Notes under the pieces: model-generated
Database searches by the model: none
The model's input: only the letters and a program-made list of their open reading frames with translations
What the model was told of the DNA's origin: nothing
Program-made: the position numbers and the translations under genes
Assembly (NCBI GenBank): GCA_965248195.1
Contig: CBDFIQ010000001.1
Span: 1,344,001 to 1,408,000 of the forward strand
From: Longimicrobiales bacterium
GTDB taxonomy: Bacteria > Gemmatimonadota > Gemmatimonadetes > Longimicrobiales > Gaopeijiaceae
DNA length: 64,000 bases
Reading direction: 5' to 3'
In this document: piece by piece, positions 47,968 to 57,908 of the stretch
How positions within the stretch are numbered: the first letter of the stretch is position 1
Layout of the letters: each line of letters opens with the position of its first letter

Positions 47968-48885
47968 ATGCCTGCCCCTGTTATTTCGGTCTCTCATCTG
48001 GGAAAGAGCTACGGGTCCACCGTTGCCATGGACGATGTATCGCTTGAGATCCACAAGGGTGAGATCTTTGGCCTGATAGGTCCGAACGGCGCGGGGAAGA
48101 CGACTACGATGGAGTGTGTGGAAGGCCTGCGGAAGGCCGACAAAGGCACGATTTCGGTACTGGGCCTCGATCCGCGACGAGACGCCACTGCGCTTCAGCA
48201 TCGGATCGGCGTCCAGCATCAGGAGGCGCAACTCCAGAAGCGGATCAAGGTTTGGGAGGCCGTTGATCTGTGGTCCGCGCTCTACTCGCACGTTGTCGAC
48301 ACCGAAGCACTCCTGGCTCGACTCGGTCTCGAAGCCAAGCGGAACGCCTGGTTCATGACGCTCTCAGGAGGCCAGAAGCAGAGACTTTTTATTGCGTTGG
48401 CCATGATCCACGATCCCGAAGTGCTCTTCCTGGACGAGGTGACCACGGGACTCGATCCGCAGGCTCGTCGCGCTATCTGGGGACTGATCACGGGCATCCG
48501 GGAGCGCGGCAAGACGGTCTTCCTTACCACACACCTGATGGAGGAAGCGGAACGCCTTTGCGACCGCGTGGCGATCATCGACCACGGCCGGTTGGTCGAG
48601 GTCGGGACACCGGCGGACTTGGTCGAGAAGCACTGCCCGGAACGGGGTGTGGTGTTCACGAGCGTCGGGACCGGCGCGGCCGAGTGTTTGGCTGGGGTAC
48701 CTTCAGTTGTATCGGCGGCGAGTGAGGGGCGCACCCACACGCTTCGGGGCGAGGGTGACGACTTCGTGACCGACGTCATCAACTTCATTGCTCGCGAGGG
48801 CATTCGGGTCGAGGGGTTCCGTACAGAGATTCCTACTCTTGAAGACGTTTTCCTGAAGCTCACTGGCCACGGAATCAGGGACTGA
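47968..48885 (+). CDS. ABC-2 transporter ATP-binding protein
   Basis: GPNGAGKTT, LSGGQ, LFLDE. Confidence 0.95.
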   Translation: MPAPVISVSHLGKSYGSTVAMDDVSLEIHKGEIFGLIGPNGAGKTTTMECVEGLRKADKGTISVLGLDPRRDATALQHRIGVQHQEAQLQKRIKVWEAVDLWSALYSHVVDTEALLARLGLEAKRNAWFMTLSGGQKQRLFIALAMIHDPEVLFLDEVTTGLDPQARRAIWGLITGIRERGKTVFLTTHLMEEAERLCDRVAIIDHGRLVEVGTPADLVEKHCPERGVVFTSVGTGAAECLAGVPSVVSAASEGRTHTLRGEGDDFVTDVINFIAREGIRVEGFRTEIPTLEDVFLKLTGHGIRD

Positions 48886-48888
48886 CCG

Positions 48889-49632
48889 ATGCTGAACGGA
48901 TTCTGGAAGCTGACTTGGGTCGAGACCAAAGTCTTCACGAGGGAGCCGATGGGATTCGTGGTGAGCCTCGCCCTGCCGGTGATCCTCTTCATCCTTCTGG
49001 GGCGGTCCATGAGCTTCGGCCAGCTGGAGACCACCCCCGCGGCTCAGGCTCCGTTCAACCTGCCGATCCTGTTCGCGCTCATCATCGCCCTCCAGGCGGT
49101 AGCTTCGCTCGTCGTGATCATCTCGATCTACAGGGAAGGAGGGATCCTCAAGCGCCTCCGGGCCACGCCGCTTTCCCCCGTGACGATCCTGAGCGCTCAC
49201 GTGTTCGTCAAGCTCGCCTTCACGTTGGTCAGTTTGGGGCTTCTGGTCTTGGCCGGGCGGCAGTTCTTCCCCGGTGCGATGGACGTGCACTTGCCCAGCT
49301 TCACGGCGGCTCTCCTACTGAGCACGCTGAGCATTCTCTCGCTCGGCTTCGTGATTGCCAGTCTCGTTCCCACGGCTCGGTTTGCCCGGCCGATCGTTGC
49401 GGGATTCCTTTATCCGATGATCGCGTTGTCGGGTCTGTTCTTTCCCGTCGAACGGCTCCCGTCCCCGCTTCAGGTCGTCGCGCAGGGGCTCCCCACCACA
49501 CACGCCGTCTCGCTCATGCAGGGGATCTGGGACGGCTCGGGTTGGGGTGCGCACTGGGGGAGCGTGGTGGGGTTGATTCTCGTGTTCGGGGTTTGCACCG
49601 GGCTTTCGACGAAGGTCTTTCGTTGGGAGTGA
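48889..49632 (+). CDS. ABC-2 transporter permease
   Basis: YREGGILKRLRATP, LSGLFFP; six TM segments. Confidence 0.92.
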   Translation: MLNGFWKLTWVETKVFTREPMGFVVSLALPVILFILLGRSMSFGQLETTPAAQAPFNLPILFALIIALQAVASLVVIISIYREGGILKRLRATPLSPVTILSAHVFVKLAFTLVSLGLLVLAGRQFFPGAMDVHLPSFTAALLLSTLSILSLGFVIASLVPTARFARPIVAGFLYPMIALSGLFFPVERLPSPLQVVAQGLPTTHAVSLMQGIWDGSGWGAHWGSVVGLILVFGVCTGLSTKVFRWE

Positions 49633-49790
49633 CTCCCGCGGCCAATGCCGTACCAGAGCAGTAGGTCCGGAAAGCACTCCTTTCGCCTCGTCCGCGGGTC
49701 GGTTACAATACGTACGTGAGGCTACCGCAGTTGTTCGGCGACGCGAAGCGCGCCTGTCGAACAACTGTAATTGGGAGAAGAGGCAAGGCG

Positions 49791-50732
49791 ATGCAACGAG
49801 CCCGTTTTGTAGCGATAGTCGTGGTTCTGGGCGCCACGTTCGGCGCGGAATCCTGGCAGCCACTGGAAGCTCAGGACCCGGCGGATTGTCGGACCCCGCG
49901 AGCGTCTTGCGACGGCTTCGATCGTTTTAGTCTATTCCCCGCGAACACCCCGACTTGGTCGCCGCAGATGATCCGCGATTCAGGCCGGCCGATCGTGCCC
50001 GTCTTCGAAGGTTGGTTTCAGAATGAGGACGGCACCTACACGCTCTCCTTCGGCTACGCCAGCATGAACCTCGAGGAAGCGCTCCACATCCCGCTTGGGC
50101 CGGACAACTTCATTGAGCCGAGCGAGTTCGACGGGGGCCAGCCCACGTACTTCAAGGAAATTCACCGGCGCATTCGCCGGCCGTGGAACAGTTTCATGAT
50201 CACGGTTCCCGCGGACTTCGGAGATCAACGCGTCGTCTGGACACTGCGAAATCACGGGCAGACGTATTCCACCCCCGGGCACGTGATGTCTCCCCACTAC
50301 ATCATAGAGAACCCAATAGCGCCTGCGAGGTACCTGCAAGGGACCGCCAGCGGCTACGCGCCGCTGCTCCGTTTCGACCCGGCCGATCCTTGGGTACAAG
50401 GCCTCGGCGGGACCCGGACGGGTCCGCTCACCGCGAGAGTCGGCGAACCACTGGCGATCTCTGCCTGGGTGAATTCGGGCGAAACACTGTACGAGGGGCC
50501 AGAGAGCTGGCTGTACTGGATGCACTATTCAGGGCCCGGCGAAGTGACTTTCAGCGAAGACGAGGTCGAAGTCCCATTAACTGAGGGCGAGGGAATGGGC
50601 ATGACGAGCGTTACATTTAGTGAAGCGGGGGATTACGTGCTGCTCGTGCAGTCGATCGAAACCCTCCGTAACAGCTTTGAATACCATTGTTGCTTTACCA
50701 ATGGGTGGGTCGAGGTCACCGTCACCAACTGA
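49791..50732 (+). CDS. Secreted hypothetical protein
   Basis: Signal peptide; PVFEGW.QNEDG...SFGY, IPLGPDNFIEP; C-terminal CCFTNGWVEVTV. Confidence 0.8.
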   Translation: MQRARFVAIVVVLGATFGAESWQPLEAQDPADCRTPRASCDGFDRFSLFPANTPTWSPQMIRDSGRPIVPVFEGWFQNEDGTYTLSFGYASMNLEEALHIPLGPDNFIEPSEFDGGQPTYFKEIHRRIRRPWNSFMITVPADFGDQRVVWTLRNHGQTYSTPGHVMSPHYIIENPIAPARYLQGTASGYAPLLRFDPADPWVQGLGGTRTGPLTARVGEPLAISAWVNSGETLYEGPESWLYWMHYSGPGEVTFSEDEVEVPLTEGEGMGMTSVTFSEAGDYVLLVQSIETLRNSFEYHCCFTNGWVEVTVTN

Positions 50733-50746
50733 CCGGAGAATTTCAC

Positions 50747-52129
50747 ATGAGTAGAACGAAAGGTCTTCCGAATATCTGGGTAGCGCTCGCAGGCGCCGTG
50801 CTCGCTGGAACGGTGGCGTGGCCGCAGGCCGTCACCGCGCAGGACGTAAACTACACCCGCGACGTTGCACCCATCGTTCAGGAGAACTGTGTGAGGTGTC
50901 ATCGGGCGGGCACGGCTGCGCCGATGGTGCTCGACACCTACGAGCAAGTAAGGGCCTTTGCGCCATTGATCAAGCACTCGGTGCAGACGCGGACGATGCC
51001 ACCGGGCTGGTATATCGACCGGACCGTGGGGATCCAGGACTTCAAGAACAACCCGGCGCTCTCGGATCAGGAGATCGAGACGATCGCCAGTTGGGTGGAC
51101 TCGGGCATGGCGCCGGGCGACCTGTCGCAGCTGCCGGCGCCGGTTGAGTGGCGGGCAGACCACGAGTATTGGCAACTCGAGCAGGACCAGGGTTGGGGGC
51201 CACCGGACATGATCATCACGTCGCCACCGTTCACGGTTCCCGCCAATAGCGGCGATCAGTGGTGGGAGCCGGACGCAGCCCTAACTGATGTAATGGACGC
51301 GGAGCTAATAGCAAACAGGTGGGTCAGGGCGGTGGAGACGAGGCCCGCGGACTCTGAGAGCGGATACGTCTTTCATCACGCCAACACGAGTCTCTTTCGG
51401 CTCGATGACGACGAACGGCGCGGGGGGCTTTCCTCCTCCGCGGTCGGAAAAAGAACGGACATGTATCCGGAGGATGCCGGCAAGCTGATCCGGCCCGGCG
51501 ACCAGATCCACTTTTCGATGCACCTCTTCCCGATCGGGAGGGAAGTGGTCGACGCCATGATCCAAGTGGGCGTTTGGCTCTACCCAGAGGGAGAAGAGCC
51601 AAAGTACGCCACGAACGACGAGACTTCACACAATTCGGGTGAGAGTCGTGATCTAGGCCTGCCGCGATACACCGATCTGCTCATTCCGCCCCATGGATAC
51701 CAGATGTTGCGTGGCAACTTTGTGCTCGAGCGGAACGCGCGGGTTCATAGCATACGCGGCCATATGCACCTTCGAGGCGGGTATCAGATGATGGAGGCGA
51801 TCTATCCCGACGGCCGCCGGGAGGTGATCAACAAGATCGACTGGAACCATCTGTGGCACACCACGCACATCTACGAAGATTGGGCGCAGCCTCTGTTGCC
51901 GAAGGGCACGGTTATCATCGCCACCTCCTTGCTGGACAATACGGCGGACAATCCATCCAATCCCGACCCTGACCAATGGGTGGTCTACGGGAGGAGGAGC
52001 GTGAGCGAGATGGCCCACATCCGTTTCGGGATCACCTGGATCCCGGATGAGGACTTCGAGCAGATGGTCGCCGAGCGGGAGCGGCTCCTGAGGGACCGGG
52101 CCCGGCCCGCCGCCGACGGCGGGGGATGA
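50747..52129 (+). CDS. Secreted cytochrome c + copper type II monooxygenase-like protein, copy 2
   Basis: Close paralog of 33777..35165; CVRCH, FHHAN, HMH, SEM. Confidence 0.8.
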   Translation: MSRTKGLPNIWVALAGAVLAGTVAWPQAVTAQDVNYTRDVAPIVQENCVRCHRAGTAAPMVLDTYEQVRAFAPLIKHSVQTRTMPPGWYIDRTVGIQDFKNNPALSDQEIETIASWVDSGMAPGDLSQLPAPVEWRADHEYWQLEQDQGWGPPDMIITSPPFTVPANSGDQWWEPDAALTDVMDAELIANRWVRAVETRPADSESGYVFHHANTSLFRLDDDERRGGLSSSAVGKRTDMYPEDAGKLIRPGDQIHFSMHLFPIGREVVDAMIQVGVWLYPEGEEPKYATNDETSHNSGESRDLGLPRYTDLLIPPHGYQMLRGNFVLERNARVHSIRGHMHLRGGYQMMEAIYPDGRREVINKIDWNHLWHTTHIYEDWAQPLLPKGTVIIATSLLDNTADNPSNPDPDQWVVYGRRSVSEMAHIRFGITWIPDEDFEQMVAERERLLRDRARPAADGGG

Positions 52130-52151
52130 CCGCAGGCAGGAGGATGTAGGC

Positions 52152-52189
52152 GAGAGCCCGGCGCGGATTCAGTTCGGCGTCGGGCTCTC
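52152..52189 (+). terminator. Intrinsic terminator-like hairpin
   Basis: GAGAGCCCGGCGC...GCGTCGGGCTCTC then TGATTTT. Confidence 0.6.
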
Positions 52190-52301
52190 TGATTTTCTGC
52201 CCGCTGAGCTATTTCCCGCGCTCGCTCTTGGGATGGTGAGGTCAGCGCGCTTGCAGCGCCGGTTAGGGCGCTTGCAGCGCCAGACGCCTTAGACGCATCT
52301 T

Positions 52302-54140
52302 GTGCTTCATGATCGATCCCGTGTCCCTTGTGAATGCAACCGCTTGAGACGCTCGTCAAAGTATCTCGTCTCCGCCTTCGTAGGACTGGCCGCCGGACTC
52401 TGCGCGATCGCGGGGATGGTGTTGGGTCCCGGCCGCGGGTCCCTCATGACGGTGCCTCCGGTGGCGGATCCGGGCTGGCCGGGGGAGTGGGCACCCGCCC
52501 TTGTTCCTGCCTCCGCCGGGCAGGAATTAGCCTTTACAAGTTTGCTGGGCCTCCTAACAGTGGCGCTTCTGCTAGCTGCCGGCGCCGCCCTGGTATGTGG
52601 TGTCCTGCTCCTGGCGGAGGAGCGCATTGCTGCGACGCGGTCCGTGGCCATCGAGTCTGCGCTTGGCATCGATCGATGGCGTCTTACGCTCCAGCTCGTG
52701 CGGGATGTCGGAGTCCGGGGGCGTAGGGCCGGTGTTGTGGCGCTGGGCGTGGTGCTTTTTTGTGGCCTCGGCATCCGGGTCACCTGGCCGGCCCAGGTGC
52801 TCGGATGGTCTTGGCTCGATGGGGCGTTGACGTTCGGCGCGGTCGTGGCTGCCACGGGGGTCGTAATCGCGACAGCGGTTCTTCCCGGACTCGCGATCTG
52901 GAGGCACAGGCGGCTATTTCTTTTCCTTTCTCGGCAAAGCTCCAGCCTACCGGATCGAGGGGAGTCGTTCGGGCGGGACGTAGCGGTGGTCTGCCAGATT
53001 GCCGTCGCCGTCTCGGTACTCGTGTTGATCGGTGGGCTCGTCGGCTCGAGTCCGGAGCGCGCTGGAGTGGACGCTCTGGGAGAAGACACGATCGCAATCC
53101 CGGTGGAGGTTGCGGCGTCCACCCCGGCGCCGTCGCGTACCCGGCTGTACGAATCACTCCTGGCTGGGTTGGCAGAGCGGCCCGACGTCGAGGCGGAGAG
53201 CATCGCTAGTTCCGGTGCGCTGCTTGGCTTGGGAGCCAACGGTGTGGTGGTGGCTCAATGCGGGCGATGCATCATCGGGTTGATTCCTGTGCCCTTCCTG
53301 AACGCCACGGCCGACCATCACGCGGTGGGGCCGGGCTTCTTCGGGTTGGTCGGCTATGAAATCGTCAGCGGTCGTGAGTTTACGCCTGCCGATGTCTTGG
53401 GCTCCGACCGAGTGGCGATCGTCAACAGGAGCTTTGCCAACAGGTATTTCGAGCGGGGGGATCCGCTCGGGAGAGGCATCCAGGTCGGCGGCCCGCGTGG
53501 AGATTGGTTCGACGTCATCGGCGTCGTGGAGGAGCCCCGGGCCGTGGCGATGGGGGCGCGGTCCTCACAACGGCCGACGCTATATCTGTCTGCGCTCCAG
53601 GTGCCTCCGACCCGGGCCACCTTGATCGTCCGGCCGAGCTCTTCCTCGGCCGCGGACGTTGAACGCCTGGCTGCTCTGATACCTCTCGGTGTGGCTTCAG
53701 GCCCACCGAGTACGGTTGCCAACATCCGGAGGACGTCCTGGGCTCCTCTTTCATGGCTGAGACAGGCGCTCCTGGCCGTGGCGGCTATCGCCCTTTTCGT
53801 TGTGGTGGCCGCGGTGCGAGCGGTGATGCGTGTGTCGGTGGAGCGTACCGCAGCAGAGATCGGCCTTCGCATGGCCGTCGGGGCCACCCCCGCGAGAATC
53901 AGGGCACTCGTGATTCGTCGATCCCTCAATCGTCTCGGCTGGGGTACCGTTATCGGCCTTTTCTTTGGGCTGGTTTTCTTGGGCAGACTCCAGCTCGTGA
54001 TCCCGGAAATCTCGCCTCCACCGATTGAGTGGGTTTTGGTCTGGACGTCGTTCCTGTCTCTCGTCGCGGTGTGGGGCGCCTGGGGCCCGGCCAGGGATTC
54101 GGCGAGCCAAGACCCTGCCCGGGTGCTATCCAGGGGATAG
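52302..54140 (+). CDS. FtsX/MacB-like ABC permease (start uncertain)
   Basis: VGPGFF...GREFT..D, AIVNRSFA, EIGLRMAVGA. Confidence 0.8.
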   Translation: MLHDRSRVPCECNRLRRSSKYLVSAFVGLAAGLCAIAGMVLGPGRGSLMTVPPVADPGWPGEWAPALVPASAGQELAFTSLLGLLTVALLLAAGAALVCGVLLLAEERIAATRSVAIESALGIDRWRLTLQLVRDVGVRGRRAGVVALGVVLFCGLGIRVTWPAQVLGWSWLDGALTFGAVVAATGVVIATAVLPGLAIWRHRRLFLFLSRQSSSLPDRGESFGRDVAVVCQIAVAVSVLVLIGGLVGSSPERAGVDALGEDTIAIPVEVAASTPAPSRTRLYESLLAGLAERPDVEAESIASSGALLGLGANGVVVAQCGRCIIGLIPVPFLNATADHHAVGPGFFGLVGYEIVSGREFTPADVLGSDRVAIVNRSFANRYFERGDPLGRGIQVGGPRGDWFDVIGVVEEPRAVAMGARSSQRPTLYLSALQVPPTRATLIVRPSSSSAADVERLAALIPLGVASGPPSTVANIRRTSWAPLSWLRQALLAVAAIALFVVVAAVRAVMRVSVERTAAEIGLRMAVGATPARIRALVIRRSLNRLGWGTVIGLFFGLVFLGRLQLVIPEISPPPIEWVLVWTSFLSLVAVWGAWGPARDSASQDPARVLSRG

Positions 54141-54148
54141 TCGTCGCA

Positions 54149-55165
54149 ATGGGCCTTTGCTTTTCCTTCCCTCGTTGGCGGATCGGAAATAGGAATCGAA
54201 CGTGGGTTACTACGCTCTGTCTCGTCACAGCCGTAGCCGGCGCCTGCACGGAGCCAAGCAACGCACGGGGTTGGGAGTGCGTCGCGCCGGCCAACGCCGG
54301 CGGGGGGTGGGACCTCACGTGTCGGTCGGTCGGTCGCGTCTTCTCCGAGTTGGGCCTATCACCTGGTCTCGTTCGCACGACGAATCTGCCTGGTGCCGGA
54401 GGTGGGGTCGCCTTCGCCCGGATGGTCTCGCAGCGCGGTGACGATCCGAACGTCCTGATCGCGGCGAGCCCTTCGACCACTCTTCGGCTCGCGCAGGGGC
54501 AGTACGGCCCGCTCACCGTGGACGATGTCCGGTGGATCGGGGCGCTCGGCGCCGAGTACGGCGTGTTGGCCGTCGCCGCGAACGCACCTTTTCGGACCCT
54601 GGACGACCTCTTGGCCGCGTGGCGGCGGGATCCGGCGAGCGCCGTCGTGAGCGGCGGCTCGGCGGTCGCGGGTCAGGACCACATGAAGGTGCTGCTGCTC
54701 GCTCACCGCGCCGGGATCGACCCCCGTCGTATACGTTACGTGCCCTTCGACGGAGGCGGCGAAGCGATGACAGCACTCCTAGGGGACTTCGTGCAAGTCT
54801 TTTCGGGCGAAGGGTCCGAGGTGGAAGGGCAGGTCGACGCGGGACGACTGCGCGTGCTCGTGGTGCTTTCTCCGGAGCGACTCGAGGGTCCGCTAGCTTC
54901 GGTGCCCACAGCACGGGAGTCCGGTATCGATGTCACCTGGGTGACGTGGCGCGGCTTCTACGTACCGGGTGAGATCGACGACGGGCAGTACGATCGCTGG
55001 GTCGACGTCCTGGATCGCGTCGGCCAGTCGAATGCTTGGGAGGAGGCTCGGGCGGTGACCCGGCTGCAGCCGTTCTTCCTTGTCGGGGACGAGTTCGCCG
55101 CGTTCGTGCGAGCGCAAGTCGGGGACTTCCAGGAGATGTCGCGGGAGATCGGCTTGATCCCATGA
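54149..55165 (+). CDS. tctC: Tripartite tricarboxylate transporter substrate-binding protein
   Basis: APANAGGGWDLT.R, NLPGAGG, YVPFDGGGEA, WRGF. Confidence 0.9.
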   Translation: MGLCFSFPRWRIGNRNRTWVTTLCLVTAVAGACTEPSNARGWECVAPANAGGGWDLTCRSVGRVFSELGLSPGLVRTTNLPGAGGGVAFARMVSQRGDDPNVLIAASPSTTLRLAQGQYGPLTVDDVRWIGALGAEYGVLAVAANAPFRTLDDLLAAWRRDPASAVVSGGSAVAGQDHMKVLLLAHRAGIDPRRIRYVPFDGGGEAMTALLGDFVQVFSGEGSEVEGQVDAGRLRVLVVLSPERLEGPLASVPTARESGIDVTWVTWRGFYVPGEIDDGQYDRWVDVLDRVGQSNAWEEARAVTRLQPFFLVGDEFAAFVRAQVGDFQEMSREIGLIP

Positions 55166-55599
55166 CGAGGGATCGCGTTCCCGGCCTTCTGCTGGCTATC
55201 GCTGGTGCGGCCGCGGGGCTCGAGGCCACGACCTTCGACGTCAACTTCATGACGGATCCGGTAGGGCCCAAGGCGCTACCGTACCTCGCGGCGCTCACTC
55301 TGGTTTTCGCGGGCCTCCACGCAGCGGCGCGGCCGCAGAGCGATACCCGTTGGCCGTCCCGGCAGATGTTCTGGAAGCTCGCTGGAGCGACGGGTGCGTT
55401 CCTGCTGTACGCGGTCGCGCTCGGGTTTCTTGGGTTCTTCCTCTCTACGACGCTTGTCGTCGCAGCGCTTTCGCACCTGTATGGGGCCTCACCTCGGCGC
55501 GGCGTCCCCGCCGCCGCGCTGCTTTCGGCCGGGCTCTTGCTGCTTTTCGTCCAGATTCTGGCACTTCCCTTACCGATCGGTGAGCTGTGGATTCGCTGA
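55162..55599 (+). CDS. tctB: Tripartite tricarboxylate transporter small permease
   Basis: DPVGPKALP, LGFFLST, L.LPLP.G. Confidence 0.88.
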   Translation: MTRDRVPGLLLAIAGAAAGLEATTFDVNFMTDPVGPKALPYLAALTLVFAGLHAAARPQSDTRWPSRQMFWKLAGATGAFLLYAVALGFLGFFLSTTLVVAALSHLYGASPRRGVPAAALLSAGLLLLFVQILALPLPIGELWIR

Positions 55600-57101
55600 G
55601 CCACCTCGCCGGGGGCTTCGCCATCGCCCTTCAGCCGTTGAACCTGGGACTGGTGTTCGGTGGCGTGTTGGTCGGGACGTTCGTCGGAATGTTGCCGGGA
55701 ATCGGGCCGATCAACGCGATCGCGATCCTCATCCCGATAACGTTTACCATGGGCCTCCCGCCAGAATCCGCGCTGATCCTGTTGGTCGGCATCTACTACG
55801 GATCGCAGTATGGAAACTCCATCAGCACGATCCTCCTCAATGTTCCGGGAACCGCATCGGCAGTCGTCACAGCGATCGACGGGTACGCGCTGACCAGGGC
55901 AGGCCGGGGAGGGCCTGCGCTGGCGATGGCGGCGGTCGCATCGTTCGTTGGAGGGACCTGCTCTGTTTTCGCCCTCGTGCTCTTCGCCCCTGTGCTCTCC
56001 GGCTGGGCAATCCGCTTCGGGCCGGCCGAATACTTCGCACTCATGGTCTTCGCCTTCTCGGCGCTCTCGAGCTTTTCGGGCGGCAGCTTGATTCGCGGCC
56101 TCGCTGCAACCGCCTTCGGCCTCTGGCTCGCGACGGTGGGGCTGGACCCGAACAGTGGGATCCCTCGTTACACATTCGGGCAGGTTCAACTCCTCGACGG
56201 CATGGACTTCGTCGTCGTGACGATCGGCCTTTTCGCCGTAAGCGAAGTCCTGCACCTCCTCGAGGAGACCGAGCGCGGCCAGGAAGTCGTCGCCACTTAC
56301 GGGAGCGTCATGCTCACGATCGGGGAGCTCGGCCAGTCTGCCTGGTCGATGATCCGGGGCAGCGTGCTCGGCTTCCTGGTTGGCGTCCTGCCGGGAGCGG
56401 GCGGCACGATCGCCTCCTTCCTGGCGTACAGCACGGAGCAGCGGATCGCGGGCCCGGAAGGTCGTTTCGGTCAAGGAGACATGCGCGGGGTTGCCGCGCC
56501 CGGTGCTGCGGACAACGCCGCCGCGAACGGGGCGATGATCCCGCTTCTCACGCTCGGCGTGCCGGGGAGCGGCACGACAGCCGTGCTGCTCGGAGCCCTC
56601 CTCGGCCTGGGCATAACACCCGGACCGCTGCTGATTCAAGAGCAGCCCGACATCTTCTGGGGCCTCGCAGCGTCCATGTACGTCGGAAACGTCCTCCTGC
56701 TGCTCCTCAACCTCCCCCTGGTCGGGATCTTCGTCCGGGCGCTGACGCTGCCCCGGTGGTTCCTAATCCCAGGCGTCGCCGCACTCGCCTTCGTCGCCGT
56801 GTACGCCGTGAACGGTAGCTCGTTCGACCTCGTCCTGATGACGCTCTTCGGGGTCGCCGGGTACCTCATGCGCAAGCTCCACTTCCCCCTCGCTCCGGTC
56901 GTGCTGGGACTTGTGCTCGGGCCCCTGATGGAGAGGAATTTGCGTCGCGCCATGGCTTTGTCGGGCGGAGAGTGGAGCGTACTCTTCGATTCCGGTATCG
57001 CGATCACGCTCTGGGGTCTCGCGCTGGCGAGCCTCGTGCTCCCCACCATCCTCAAGCGGTGGTCGAACGATAGGCCCGCAGACGCTTCGCGGCTTGGCTA
57101 G
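55587..57101 (+). CDS. tctA: Tripartite tricarboxylate transporter large permease
   Basis: GMLPGIG, YYGSQYG, NVPG, LTLGVPGS, PGP. Confidence 0.95.
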   Translation: MDSLSHLAGGFAIALQPLNLGLVFGGVLVGTFVGMLPGIGPINAIAILIPITFTMGLPPESALILLVGIYYGSQYGNSISTILLNVPGTASAVVTAIDGYALTRAGRGGPALAMAAVASFVGGTCSVFALVLFAPVLSGWAIRFGPAEYFALMVFAFSALSSFSGGSLIRGLAATAFGLWLATVGLDPNSGIPRYTFGQVQLLDGMDFVVVTIGLFAVSEVLHLLEETERGQEVVATYGSVMLTIGELGQSAWSMIRGSVLGFLVGVLPGAGGTIASFLAYSTEQRIAGPEGRFGQGDMRGVAAPGAADNAAANGAMIPLLTLGVPGSGTTAVLLGALLGLGITPGPLLIQEQPDIFWGLAASMYVGNVLLLLLNLPLVGIFVRALTLPRWFLIPGVAALAFVAVYAVNGSSFDLVLMTLFGVAGYLMRKLHFPLAPVVLGLVLGPLMERNLRRAMALSGGEWSVLFDSGIAITLWGLALASLVLPTILKRWSNDRPADASRLG

Positions 57102-57125
57102 TTCGACCTAAGCACCCCCCGCTGC

Positions 57126-57566
57126 CTACCGCCTGCAGCTGCTCTCGGCGGGCGTCAAGAAAGAGAGGTCGTACTTGAGCGTGCCCCCCGGCTCGAGTCT
57201 GACCCGCCAGTGCAAGCTCTCCCCTAAGTGAACCGGCCAGGCGAGCTGCGAATCCATCCCGACCGGATCGAACTCGAGCATGACTTTTCCGACCGCTTTT
57301 GGAATCGGTATACAATTGCGGCCACCGGTGGCCGTTCCCAGCCTGAAGCCGTTCAGACGGACCGCGATGTGATCGCCCGAGGCGTTCTCCACGAGAAGCG
57401 TGGGGATCCGCGAGTCGGAACGGCTGGTGCGGTCCAGTCTCGAGATCGGAGCCGAGCCCTCATCCCTCCCGGGGAAACCTTCCAGGCGGGCGGATCCTCC
57501 GGCTGTTGCGCACGCGCTCGAGAAAAAGATCAGGTACACTGCCAGTGGGACTCCACGTCCACTCAT
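57126..57566 (-). CDS. Hypothetical lipoprotein
   Basis: RBS GGAGG; hydrophobic N-terminus with SSAC lipobox. Confidence 0.6.
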   Translation of the reverse strand: MSGRGVPLAVYLIFFSSACATAGGSARLEGFPGRDEGSAPISRLDRTSRSDSRIPTLLVENASGDHIAVRLNGFRLGTATGGRNCIPIPKAVGKVMLEFDPVGMDSQLAWPVHLGESLHWRVRLEPGGTLKYDLSFLTPAESSCRR

Positions 57567-57808
57567 CTTCCACCTCCCTGTTGTCCCTGCGCCCATTCAG
57601 GGGCGCTTCGATGCCCGGGTCCCCCGACCCGGTCAATACCAGTACGAGCTCGATACGCTCGCGGGGTTGCACGAGTGGACCCGCGACCCAAGGCTCGGAT
57701 GCTCTTCTTTCCCCCACTTCATCGTCGTCATCCTCCCAGACGGTCACCCAGTCGCCACGTGGTCTCGGACCCACTCGTGCTCCCAAAGCTCCTCACTTGC
57801 AGACCCGC

Positions 57809-57833
57809 CATTGTATCGGTACATTGTATCGGT
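57809..57833. promoter_or_regulatory. Candidate MocR operator direct repeats
   Basis: CATTGTATCGGT x2; further ATTGT/ACAAT motifs up to 57916. Confidence 0.65.
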
Positions 57834-57908
57834 TAATGTTGGATATTGTGTCGGGTCAAGAACCGTATATGCGGTACATTTCGCTGTCAATAGGCGAGGA
57901 ATATTACC

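Noticed and set aside
52244..52281. GCGCTTGCAGCGCC x2 as a CRISPR or functional repeat
   Set aside because: Only two copies with a 21-bp period and no spacer-length gap; simple tandem duplication
54898..54906. TTC-GGTGCC PAM plus seed match in tctC
   Set aside because: Only 6 nt match; the rest of the spacer is unpaired
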